DNA of 64,000 nt, taken from the human T2T-CHM13v2.0 reference genome, Homo sapiens. The DNA lies in assembly GCF_009914755.1 (NCBI RefSeq), contig NC_060925.1; one strand, given 5' to 3'. Position 1 is the first letter of the stretch. Each line of letters starts with the position of its first letter. Made by a program: the position numbers and the translations under genes. Positions 46,036-57,216 of the stretch are shown piece after piece. The notes beneath the pieces were generated by a model that saw only the letters and a program-made list of their open reading frames with translations, did not search any database and was not told the origin of the DNA.

Positions 46036-48670
46036 GCAAGAGAGGGTGGACTACACCTGCACACTTAGCAATTTGTAAGTGTAGGATAAGCATTTGGCTC
46101 AGTGGGGTTTCAGATGTTGTTAATGGCCGATTATTTAAAATTTGTACTATCTCAAACAGGTGATCGTTCCATTTTTTTAACTTACCTTGCCCTAACACCT
46201 TTAGCTGTTTTTTCAATAACCCGTTCATTCTTTCGATTAGGCCAGCTGCCTGTGGGTGGCATGGGATGTGGAAAATCCATTCTATGCCATGTTGGGCTGC
46301 AAAGGTTTGTACAGCCTTACCTTTGAAATGGGAGCCACTGTCCATTTGAATTTGTATGGGCACACCATAATATAGAATTAGGATGTTTAAGGTTTTAATA
46401 GTGTTAGTTTGGTTAGCATTAGCATAAGCGCAGGCTACTAGGAACCCTGAGCAGGTGTCTACAGAAGTACATATGTATTGGCACCCTTTAGAAGTGGCAA
46501 AGGACAAGTATAGTCCATTTGCCAAATTTGTCCTGGCATTTTTCCCCTATGAATGTGCCCCAAAACCCTCTGAGGAACTGGCTTAGTTTTTAACTGTTGG
46601 CGTGTAGTGCGTTGGGATAAAGTTGTGTGAACCACATCCTTCGGTAATGATATCCCTCTTTGCTGTCCCCAAGCCATGGTTCCCTGGATGCCTAGATGTC
46701 CTCACTGGAGATGCACCCATTGCATGAGCGCAGCCCAATCCGGTTCTTCTGGGCCTGAGTCTGCAGTAATAGTGGAAATTTTAGCTTGTTGGTCAGCCTT
46801 CTGATTAGTCTGTCAAGAGAAAGCAGAGATGCATGAGCATCAACATGGAAAACGGTGATAATGATAGTGTGCGCCAGGATCCAGATATCTTCCCAGTATT
46901 GTTTTCCCCAAACATCTTTATTCCCAATTAACCATTTGTTTTGTTGCCACTGGGGCATCCAAGTAGTGAGACCATTTTCTACTGACCAGGAGTCAGTATA
47001 CAAGTGACAAATCCTGAATAGCTCCAGCCTCCTCCTGAATAGCTCGGAGGACAGCCACCAGTTCAGCTAGCTGGCTGCTCCCACCCCTTCCTTCAACAGA
47101 AATGCTCATGTTTTTAACAGGATTATGAGCCACAGCCTTCCAGCATCGGGTCCCACCAATGTATTTGGCGGATCCTTCAGTAAACCAAATGTGTTTCTGA
47201 TTCTCTGGGTTTAGTTCTTTAAAGGATTTGCCCCATTGTAGGTGGCGGGAGTGGCGGGGGACGGTGGCTCTTTCCTTATCTGCAGGACTTGCTTGGTGTG
47301 TCCTGGGTTGGCAAATTTTGTACATCCTCATGTAAAAACGATAGCCCCTTTGGCCCCAGCTTAGCACCACCTTGTATGTGCCATTTCCATTTGATGATGC
47401 AACTTTTTTTGGGTGTGCCCTATTTGGTGATTTTTGGGGAGCTCATGACCCAAGTCATAATAGGAATTTTGGGCCTCATAATGACATCACGGTTGAAGCA
47501 GGGGCACTCTGTTTCCGGCAAAGCCCAAGAACAAGCTAACAATTGCTTCTTGAAAGGGGTATAAGTTTTGCCGGCCTCTGACAGTTTCCCGGTCCAAAAC
47601 CCCAAAGGTACCCTCTTCCCATCTTGTTTCTGCCAAAGACTTCAATTAGCATGTTGATCTAGGACAGTTACTTGCAGTTCTTCTGGCCCATCCTGCATGA
47701 GCCATAGATCCAGGGCCAGTTGCACTGCTTGTTTCACATGTGAAAGTCATAGGGTTTTCTAGTGACTGCATGCGGAGGTTGTAAAATGTTACCCAAGTGG
47801 GGAATATGATGTCTCCAGAATCCAAACAAGCCAATAAATTTCTGGGCCTCTTTTTTAGTGGTAGGGGTGGCAAATTCTAGTATTTTAGCCTTAACCTTTG
47901 GTAAAATGGACTATTTCTCTGCATTCCATAGGACACCAAGGAACTTTACAGTTTGTGCAGGTCCTTGAATCTTACTAGAGTTAATTTCCCATTTTGGAAA
48001 AACCCAGTTTGGAGCTGGGTTTTTACCTGCTCCAAACCCCGGCTGACTCGTTCTTCAGTTTCCCCCTGAATTAAAATATCATCAATATAATGACTGATTT
48101 GAAGTCCCAAATAATTTAGTTCTGGCCTTGTAGCATCTAAATGCTCAGCAACTTGCCGACGGCAAATGGTGGGGCTATGTACGTACCCTTGAGGCAAGCA
48201 AGTAAACTATATTGTCTCCTGTCCCATGTGAAAGCAAATTGGTCCCATATCTGAGGGTTTAAAGGGATGGTAAAGAAGGCATTGGCTAGATCAATTACAG
48301 CATACCATGTTCCGGGATGCTGCTGGACCAGTTCAACAATGGTTATTACATCGGGACTGCAGCAGTTAGAGGCAGAGACTTTATTTAAGGCCTGATAATC
48401 CATGGTCATATGCCAACTCCCATCAGATTTCCTAACAGGCCAAATAGGATTATTCTACTGAGTGGTGGTGGGCACTAAGACACCCGCCGCTACATAATTC
48501 TGAATGGTTTCAGTAATTTCCTTGTGTCCTCCCGGAATATAATATTGCTTCAAATTTATTATTTGAGTGGCAGCAGGAATATCTACCTCGTAATGCAATT
48601 TGTCTGTGGTAACTGGGCAGACTAACTTTAAGGACCTGACTTTGAAGGAGTCTTGGCCGTCTCGCAAGTA
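46036..48670 (-). pseudogene. pol: pol remnant (RT, RNase H, integrase core)
   Basis: WYAVIDLANAFFTIP, PQGYVHSP, HYIDDIL; WFTEGS/AELVAV/YTDSW; WQMDY, DSGSHF, ERMNGLLK; many frameshifts. Confidence 0.92.
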
Positions 48671-48976
48671 GAGTTCTCCCTTTTAGGATGTCAATGCCAA
48701 TAATATATTTGGGGATGGGTACAATCATAACTTTATGTTTTTTTTTCCGTGGCTATTTCCTATTTTCATTTGTATAGCAGAATAGTAGGCAGGAATCTCT
48801 TTCCCTCTGAGACCAGAAATGACCACTTTGGGTCCATGAAATGTACTGGGGTTTCCATATATTAGAGTGGCCTCAGCCCCTGTATCAATTAGGGCTTTTA
48901 GGGTAGTAATAGTATTGTTTTTCCAATAGATGTTAAGCTTCACATATGGGTGCATATCTATGCACTTTATTTGCAA
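48660..48976 (-). pseudogene. pro: Aspartic protease remnant
   Basis: ALIDTGAEATLI and IIGIDIL. Confidence 0.88.
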
Positions 48977-48994
48977 AGGGGCCTAGCCTTCCTG

Positions 48995-50534
48995 TCATAG
49001 TCCAGCTAAAGAATCCAATAATTCTTGGTAAGAGCCTCCCGATGGCTGGGTTACAGGGGTACTCAATGGAGGCACGCCAGGGGTGACTCCCGGCCCCAAA
49101 CTAGAGGGCCCACCTGTTGTTATTTGGCGCACATTCCTCACTTTTTGTTGGTATAGTTTCCATAACTCTTTAGCTTCCTTGCCATCAATTTGTTCTCTGG
49201 GAACCCCTGCCTTCAATAAATCTGCAAACATATCCTTCTGACTAACCTGAGATTGGTCCCGGGTTTGTCTGCCCCACTCCTTAATCCTCTCCTCCCCACA
49301 GGGCATCCGATCCCCCAAGTCCTGTAGCTGACCTAGTTGTTCCAGTACCTCCCGTGTGGGAGTATCTGTATGGGAAAATAATAAAGATGTTAACACCATT
49401 CTATAAGCAGGTGGAGCAATCTTTAAAATCTTATTGCGGATTGTAGGACTTAAAGGTGTTGCCTCTATGTTATCAGCCATTCCCAGTACCACAGCTGTTT
49501 CCATGGCCTCCTCCTTTAACCGCATAGCATACTCCTTAAGTGTATGCCAGGGCTTTCCCCCATCTGGCCAGGCATCCTCTGTGGAATATTTCTGTCTGGC
49601 CACATTGATGGCCAATTGCCACAAAGATATTTCATCTAAAACATTTCCCTCATCATTAGTAGGGTGGGGTGCAGTAGCCCAATTTCGAAGAGCCAGCTGA
49701 ATTTTGGGTACCCATGAGAGGGTAACAAACTTTAAAACATTCCCTGAGTCCACTCTAATGCCATTGGCACCCTGTTCATTAATTCGAACCAACCAAGTAA
49801 TTACACTTTCCCCTCCCTTTTGTCGAAAGGTTTGTAAAATGTCTGTTATTTCCTGCTGGGTAAAGTCTTCTACAGCGTCTCTCCAGACCATCTGTCCATT
49901 CCGCCCCCACTCTATGGCCCGTGGCCGCCTCCGGGGTCTGGCCTCAGCAGGTTCCCTTTATTCATCAGGGGAGTAAGTGGTCCCTTCTTCATCATCATCC
50001 CATATATCTCCATCCCATGTGTCTGGGTCCCACTCAGGGCCTACTCGAGCAAGAGCTACCTGTACCTTCTGCCTATCCACCTTGCCTTGCCTGTTCTTAT
50101 ACTTGTACCAGGCCACCCAGACAGCTGTTTTGTCAGCAATAGCCTGGTAGCTTTGGGCTTGATCAGTCAGGACATAGGCCTGGCATTGGGCCAAAGCCAG
50201 CCTAGAAGTTAAGTCAGCATTTTCCTTTTCCAGCTTACTTTTTTATTGTAGCAACCAAGATAGGGATCCTATCTTGACACATTAACTTATAAGCAGTAAG
50301 CAAGCACCATCCATGCCAGATCTCCTTGGAATCTCCTTTGCCCACTGGAATCCCCTGCAGCACTTCACGCACAGCCAAAGGTTCAAATTGCACTAATTTA
50401 GATTCCCAGTTCTCACAAAGGCCAGTTCCCCTGGACCATTCAATTGCCAAGGGGGAAAACTGGGGGAGTTCCCATCCTGGGATATGGGAAGTCCCTGAGC
50501 TTCCATTCCTGTCCTTCCAGCCAAAAAGCGGCAT
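48995..50534 (-). pseudogene. gag: gag remnant (class III type)
   Basis: ORFs 50235-50534, 49958-50194 (WDPDTWDGDIW) and 48995-49891 (FRQKGGESVITWLVR), between the PBS and protease. Confidence 0.85.
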
Positions 50535-50543
50535 ACTTTTGTT

Positions 50544-50566
50544 TTCGAATCCTGTTCATGATGCCA
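50544..50566 (-). other. Primer-binding site, tRNA-Ser(CGA)
   Basis: ttcgaatcctgttcatgatgcca vs recalled tRNA-Ser-CGA 3' end TTCGAATCCTGTTCGTGACGCCA; both mismatches are CpG transitions. Confidence 0.8.
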
Positions 50567-50571
50567 TAAAA

Positions 50572-51128
50572 TGTTCTGTGCAGGAAACGCACGAGGGGAA
50601 AAGAAAAGACATACAATACCTTTTAAGAGTAAGCAACCTTTATCCCACGTATATAGCAATACAGATATAACAAGCAAATGATATAAAATGCAAATTGCAG
50701 CGGAAAGGGGAGAAGGGAAAAAATATGTATATATATATTTACACTCACCAGACTATGGAGGAAGGATCACTAGACCGGGAAGCAACAATCTGGGTTCCAG
50801 AGTCGGCTGCCAGTCTGTGCACAGACGAGGAAAGGTCTCATGGAGCTTCAGCACGGCCTGGGAACCTAGCTCTTTTGTAACGAGTTGTTTGGCATGAGGC
50901 CCAGTCATGAGGGCCCTTCATGACTGGGCTCAAGGAACACAAAAAGGTCAACTTGTTTTTGCAGCTGTCCGTTGTTTTTCAATAACTAACGTACAGGAGC
51001 AGATTTCTCCGAAACTTTGCTGGATGAATGCCTCAAGGGGCTCATGCAATCTGTTCTGGGGCTTAGTGACCATTGTTTATGTCCACGTTCAATGGAGTTC
51101 AAATTTAATATTTAACTTTTCCTCTGCA
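50572..51128 (-). repeat. 5' LTR
   Basis: 557 nt, TG...CA, homologous to the 3' LTR. Confidence 0.93.
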
Positions 51129-51345
51129 GCAGGCAGCCGCAAGGGAAGGTCACAGGTAGGCTGGAAGCCCATGGCAAGAGCTGAAGCTTGATGATGTCCT
51201 TCAGCTGCAGTCAGGAAGAAAGTTCTAAGGGGAAAGGAGAGCAATTGTTGACCCAGCAGCTACTTGGAGGATCTCCCTCAGAGAAGGCCCATTTTTAAGG
51301 AGCTCAAGTCAGGCCCACCCATGATAATCTCCCATTAATTAACTT

Positions 51346-51568
51346 TTTAATTTTTTTTCTTTTTAAGACAGGGTCATGCTCTGTTCCCAGGCTGGAGTGC
51401 GGAGCCACAATCATGGCTCATTGCAGCCTCCATTTCCTGAACTCAAGTGATCCTCTTGCCTCAGCCTCCTGAGTAGCTGAGACTTCAGGCATGTGCTACC
51501 ACACCCAGCTAATTTAAAAAAAAATTTTTTTTTTGGCAGAGATGAGGTCTTGCCATGTTGCCCAGGTT
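51346..51568 (-). mobile_element. AluJ, 5'-truncated
   Basis: TSD ccatt(a/g)attaactt. Confidence 0.87.
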
Positions 51569-51584
51569 CCATTGATTAACTTAA

Positions 51585-51923
<339 letters not shown>

Positions 51924-53201
51924 TAAATCACATCTGCAGAATTCCTTCACGGAAACACCCAGATTTGTATTTGATTAGATACCTCAGGGAAGTGTGTGAA
52001 AACTACAAAATGGCTGCTGCCTCCCTTCTGCCTTCCAACTCTTGAGCAAGAATATTCCCATTGGCCCAACATAAATGGAAACTAACTAGAAAGGGAATTC
52101 TGTGGGCTAGAGTTGAGCCTAGCCAAGTTGATACATCAAAAAGACATTACATCCATACTTTTTTCCCCATAAACTAAATTTGAGTTGTGTTCCATCACTT
52201 GGCATGAAAAAGCTTCTGATTCAGTTGCCATTTACTTATTGAGTGCCTTATACGTATTATCTCACTTAATCCTCTTATACACAAATGAGCTAGGTATTAT
52301 TTACAATTTTGAAGACGGAAGCTCAGAGAGGTTAAAAAACTTTTTCAAAGGCTCAGAGCTTCAAACAAAGTTTGTCTTTCCACTGCTGATGCTATGATGC
52401 CAGTCTTTGCCAAAAAGGAACCACCTGGAAGCTCTCTTCCAGGTTGGAATAGGAATTCCTCATGCAGTTTGGAAGCTGACTTCAGCAAATTTTTATTTTA
52501 GCTAAAAAATGTCCAAAACTTGATGTACTTTATTCATCTGATGACAGAACAAGGCCAAGAAATATATTTTTATCTTCATGACCCAGTGCTTGGCCCAGAT
52601 GTATTATTTGGCTGATGTAATGAACTGTTTGGTCTGTTTCCCCTGTTGCGTTTGTGTCTGATTTTTTGAGATGATCATTTAAGGTTTTAACTTTTATTCG
52701 GAAGCCTCTTCCTCCCTGAAATACCTTAGATCTTAAACTCTCCTACAAACATCAGCTGCAATCACAATGTCAAGTAGATGCTGTATAAACCTCTTGCAAG
52801 AGCGGTAAGGAAAAAAGGAATGTACAGATGAACAATATAAGAAATGAAAGAGGAGACATCATTACAGCTTTGACAGACATTAAAAAGATAAGAGGAAAGT
52901 AGAAAAAGTTTTATGCCAACAAATTCCATAACTTCCACGAAATGGACACGTTCCTAGAAAAGGGATACATAGCATGTGAGACATTTTAGCTAGGATCTCA
53001 GAGAGTTAAATCTCCCAACTGCCAAATCTAAGGGCACTTTTGGGGTTTTACCTTACCCTTCAGTGAATTTGACACTGCTGACTGCATCCTCCTTAAAATC
53101 TTCCTGTTTTGGCTTCCATGAAACACTGTTAGTAGTGTTTCTCCATGTAAACCTCGTTTCCCTCCTTTTTCCTTTCTGCTTAATTACAGAAATTCTGTAA
53201 C

Positions 53202-53495
53202 TTTTTTTTTTTTTTGAGACAGAGTCTCACTCTGTTGCCTAGGCTGAAGTGCAGTGGTGCGACACGGCTCACTGCAGCCTCGACCTCCCCATGCTCAGGT
53301 GATCCTCCCACCTCAGCCTCCTGAGTAGCTGGGACTAGAAGTGTGCACCACCACGCCCAGCTAATTTTTGTATTTTTCGTACAGATGGAGTTTTGCCATG
53401 TTGCCCAGGCTGGTCTTGAACTCCTGGGCTCAAGTGATCCTCTTGCCTCAGCGTCCCAGTGTTGGGATTACAGGCATGAGCCACTGCGCCCAGCC
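53202..53495 (-). mobile_element. AluJ within L2 remnants
   Basis: Full Alu with TSD-like tctgt(a/g)acttttt. Confidence 0.9.
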
Positions 53496-53859
53496 TCTGT
53501 GACTTTTTAAATTCCACATCTGCATACAGGGCTCTAACTACCATTTGTATGCTGATGGCTCCCAAATCTGCAGCCCCAATTGCTTCCTTGATTCTCGATT
53601 TGACTCAATATCCAACTTTTATCAAGACAATTATCTATGCTGGCCATTTATCAATGAGTCCCCGCTACCTCTCGGATGTGTTCAGACCCTTCAAACTCAT
53701 TTCCTCCTTGTCTGCTATTAATACCCAGTTTTCATTTGGGAACTGTCCCTACCCCATTCTCAGTCCTTTTCAGTCAGGAAGAGTCCTCCTCCCCCTCAGC
53801 CTCTATATAAGCATGTGACCTGATTTTATCCCCTCCAGCCCATCTTCCACACTGTGAAC

Positions 53860-54447
53860 AAATATATCTCATAATGGTGGTGGTTTTAAAGCCTAGGCCC
53901 AAGTCTTTGACACCCCTCCATAGAGAGGCGGGGTGTCCCCCATGAAATCTGGGCAGGCTTGTGACTGCATCGACCAGTAAAGCCCTGCAGAAGTGACACT
54001 GTGTGACTTCCAAAGTTAGGGCAGAAAAGTCCAAGTCCACACAGCTTCCACTGGTCCTGCAATGTTCATTCTCTGGGGGCCTCCTCTCAGGAAATTCCCT
54101 CTCAGAAGCCAGCTGTCATAGTGTGAAAAGTCCAAGTCACGTGGGGAGGCCATGTGTAGGCGCTTTGCTGACCCATCCTAGTTGACCCAGCTTTCAAGTT
54201 ACCCCAGTCCAGGCAGGCTGAGATTCCTGAGAATCTTCTCAGAAGTGGATCCTCTAGCCCCAGCTGTTCCAGCTATCAGCCATTTCAGTCTCCCGAGCTG
54301 AGGCTCCAGATACAAGGAGCAAAGAAGAATTATCTTGGTGTGCTCTGTCCAAGCTCCTGACCACAGAATTTGTGATCAGAAAAAAATGGTTGTGTTAAGC
54401 TGCTAAATTTGGGGGTAATTTGTGACACAGTGATAGTAACTGGAACA
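53860..54447 (+). mobile_element. MLT1E/F-like LTR
   Basis: gcagaagtgacactgtgtgacttcc...aagctgctaaatttgggggtaatttgtgacacagtgatagtaactggaaca. Confidence 0.75.
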
Positions 54448-54859
54448 CTTATGCCACACCCCTGCTTAAAATGTTCCAGTGATTCTGCATCACCACCACC
54501 GAGATGAAGTCCAAATTCCTTTGCCATTCAGTACTAGATGCCTGTCCACCCCACCAGATCCATCTCCTGTCTCTGCCCACACAAGCCCTAGTGCCAGCCA
54601 CACTGCAATTCCTGGAATCATCCCTACTTCCCTGGGCTCCCATGCCTTTGTATATTTTGTTGCTCTGCCTGGATGTCTTTCTGACATCCAAGATATTCAG
54701 CAAATCATCTGGAAAACTGGGGGATGCAAATCCACTGACGTCCCTGAAATCCTTTTTCTCCAGGAGGAATGATTGACTGGCCCTAAGACAGTTCAAGTGC
54801 TCTGCAAAAGAATATTCACAGAATGTGGGTTATTTTCTAGGTCTCTGAATAAAATACTG

Positions 54860-55100
54860 GTTATATAGAATTGATTCTGGAGCCAGATTGCCTGCATTCA
54901 GCTGCCAGCTCTACCACTGATTAGTGGGGGACTTTGTGCAGCCTGTTTAACTTCTCTGTGCTTCAATTGCCCCATCTGTAAAATGGGGTAATAAATAATC
55001 CTTACTTTGTAGAGTTATGGTAAGGATTAAAAGAGTTAAAATGTGTAAAGGGTTTTTAGAATGATGCCTGGCAGAGAGTGCTTGGGTAAATAAGTGTTTG
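54860..55100 (+). mobile_element. MIR
   Basis: tctggagccagattgcctg...tttaacttctctgtgcttcaattgccccatctgtaaaatgggg. Confidence 0.78.
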
Positions 55101-56267
55101 TTGAAAATAAAACAAATCTGCAAATAGTTAACTGTAGTCATTGCTCAAGTCCCTTTGAGTATCGCCTTCTTTGGGACACCTCCCCGAGGCCTCCCCCACG
55201 CTAGCTGGCTTCACAGATAGGTCCATGTTGTCGCAGCACCTCCAGCACATCACAGCTGCAACATTCCTCACTGTTTCTGTAAGTCTATCTTTGTAGTTGT
55301 CAGTATCTCTCAGCTCATTTCTTAGATTCTTGAAGGCAGAGGCTGGATTTTACTCATTTCTCTCTCCCTGGAATCTAAGTCTTAGTAGGCCTTCAATAAT
55401 TGTGTATTAAATGGAAGCTTGCTATGATTTTAACCAACACAGTAACTCCAGGCCAGAAAAGGCTAAGCGAGTTCTTCTAAGCCATACAGGTTTTAGTGGC
55501 TGAACAAAGACTAAAATTTTTAACCCTGTTCTTCTGACTGCCAAACCTAAGCTAATGACTCGTGTGTGTGTGTATCTGTGTATGTGTACACACGCATGTG
55601 TGTGTCCACCAGTATCATCACTAACCCCTGGCCATTTGCTTTTAAAATTATTTTATTCAGAGACTTATACAATAAGTATAAGTATACAATAACCCATGTT
55701 CTTTTAGCCTCTTCTGAGACCCTGGGTTGTTTATAATAATAATCACTATTATTCCTGAAGGGAGGCTATTGCACCCTTCCAATTATTCAGACGATTTGCT
55801 GACTGTCTGGATAATTCCGAAGCCTTTAACCCCTCCCTAACGTTAGAGGCGGTAACTTTCATCCGTTTACTTTTTCCAGGTGCGGAGGCGAAGCAGCCTT
55901 ATTCAGAAAATCGAATTCAAACAGGACCTCAAGCTGCCGGCTGTTGCTTCTACCAACTGCCCCATTATTAACGCCAGACGGCGCTGTGTCCTCACTGGCT
56001 CTTTAACCACCACGTCGGGCTCACAGAAGGCTCAGGTTTCCTCCAGTATAGTTCAGGGGATGGTGAACGCTTCCCAACAAGCCTGCAACAGGCGCATTTC
56101 TTTCTGCTTTTGGTGCGTGTGTGTAGGGAAGTGTCCCATCTTTTAACTAGTCTTGCGGAGACCTGGCCTGGTGTTTGCAAATCTGTTTCCTCTATTATCG
56201 ATCCGATCTCTGGATTGCTTTTTCTCTGACACTTGAAACAAATTCACTCCTATATATTTTTTAAGTG

Positions 56268-56430
56268 ATTTTTTTTTTTTTTTTTTTTTTTACAAAATAG
56301 AGCTGGGGCGGGGGGGGGGGGGGGTCTCGCTACGTTGCCCAGGCTGGTTTCGAACTCCTGGGCACAAGTAATTCTCCCACCTTGGCCTCCCAAAGTGGGG
56401 AATACAGACGGGAGCCACTGCGCTCGCCCC
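56268..56430 (-). mobile_element. Alu left monomer (FLAM/AluJ) with T and G runs
   Basis: ggggtctcgctacgttgcccaggctgg...gagccactgcgctcgccc. Confidence 0.82.
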
Positions 56431-57014
56431 AAACAAAATCATTTAAATCACAATGCACTGAAGGCCGACTAGGTGTCAGGCGCCGCGCGGTCCGTCCCTT
56501 GTCCCCATGTCCCTGGCCAAAGGCTTGCTCTAGATCAGGGGACTCAGCCTCGAGGCTTTCCCGACGGTGTCAGCCAAGCACACACTCCCAGTTCGCAGGG
56601 CTTCGTGGTCAAGGTTCCTAGTTCACCTGTCTGGGAGGGCGAGGTGTGTCCACCCCTTCCAGCACCTGGGCAAACAGCTCCCTTTGCGGTCCTCTTCCAC
56701 TGCTTTCCCTCCGCCCTGATTTTCCATTCCTTGTGAGCGGTGGTTTTGGTTGGGGGGAGGGGGCGGGGAAGGGGCCTGGCGAGGAGGGGCGTCAGAGCGC
56801 TGTCACCGGGTGTCGCGCCGCCCTCCCCGCCCCTCCGCCGGGCGTGTGGGGACGCCGGAGGGCGGGAGTCTCCGCGAGCCGCGCGGCGCACGGAGCACGG
56901 CGGCCGCCTGAGCTCGGCGCGGAGCCCGGAGCCCGCAGCCGACAGTCTCCTGCTCCCGTACGCTGGGCGCCAGCTCCGGCCGTGCTGCCCGGCTGCCTGA
57001 GAGCGCGCCCGGCC

Positions 57015-57216
57015 ATGGAGCCCTCGCACAAAGACGCCGAGACGGCGGCGGCGGCGGCGGCGGTGGCGGCGGCGGACCCCCGGGGGGCGTCCTCGTCCAG
57101 CGGGGTGGTGGTGCAGGTCCGCGAGAAGAAGGGCCCCCTGCGCGCCGCCATCCCCTACATGCCCTTCCCCGTGGCCGTCATCTGCCTCTTCCTCAACACT
57201 TTCGTGCCGGGACTGG
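57015..57216 (+). CDS. STUM: Protein stum homolog, coding exon 1 (67 codons + 1 nt); remaining exons not found in the window
   Basis: Strong Kozak GGCCATGG; [67 protein letters not shown](G); donor G|GTAAGA at 57217. Confidence 0.93.
57045..57074 (+). repeat. Coding (GCG)6 GTG (GCG)3 polyalanine repeat
   Basis: Read directly from the sequence. Confidence 0.95.

Noticed and set aside
56793-56818. Possible REST/RE1 site (gcgctgtc) in the STUM promoter; also tcagcacc at ~35128
   Set aside because: Half-sites only, without a correctly spaced partner.
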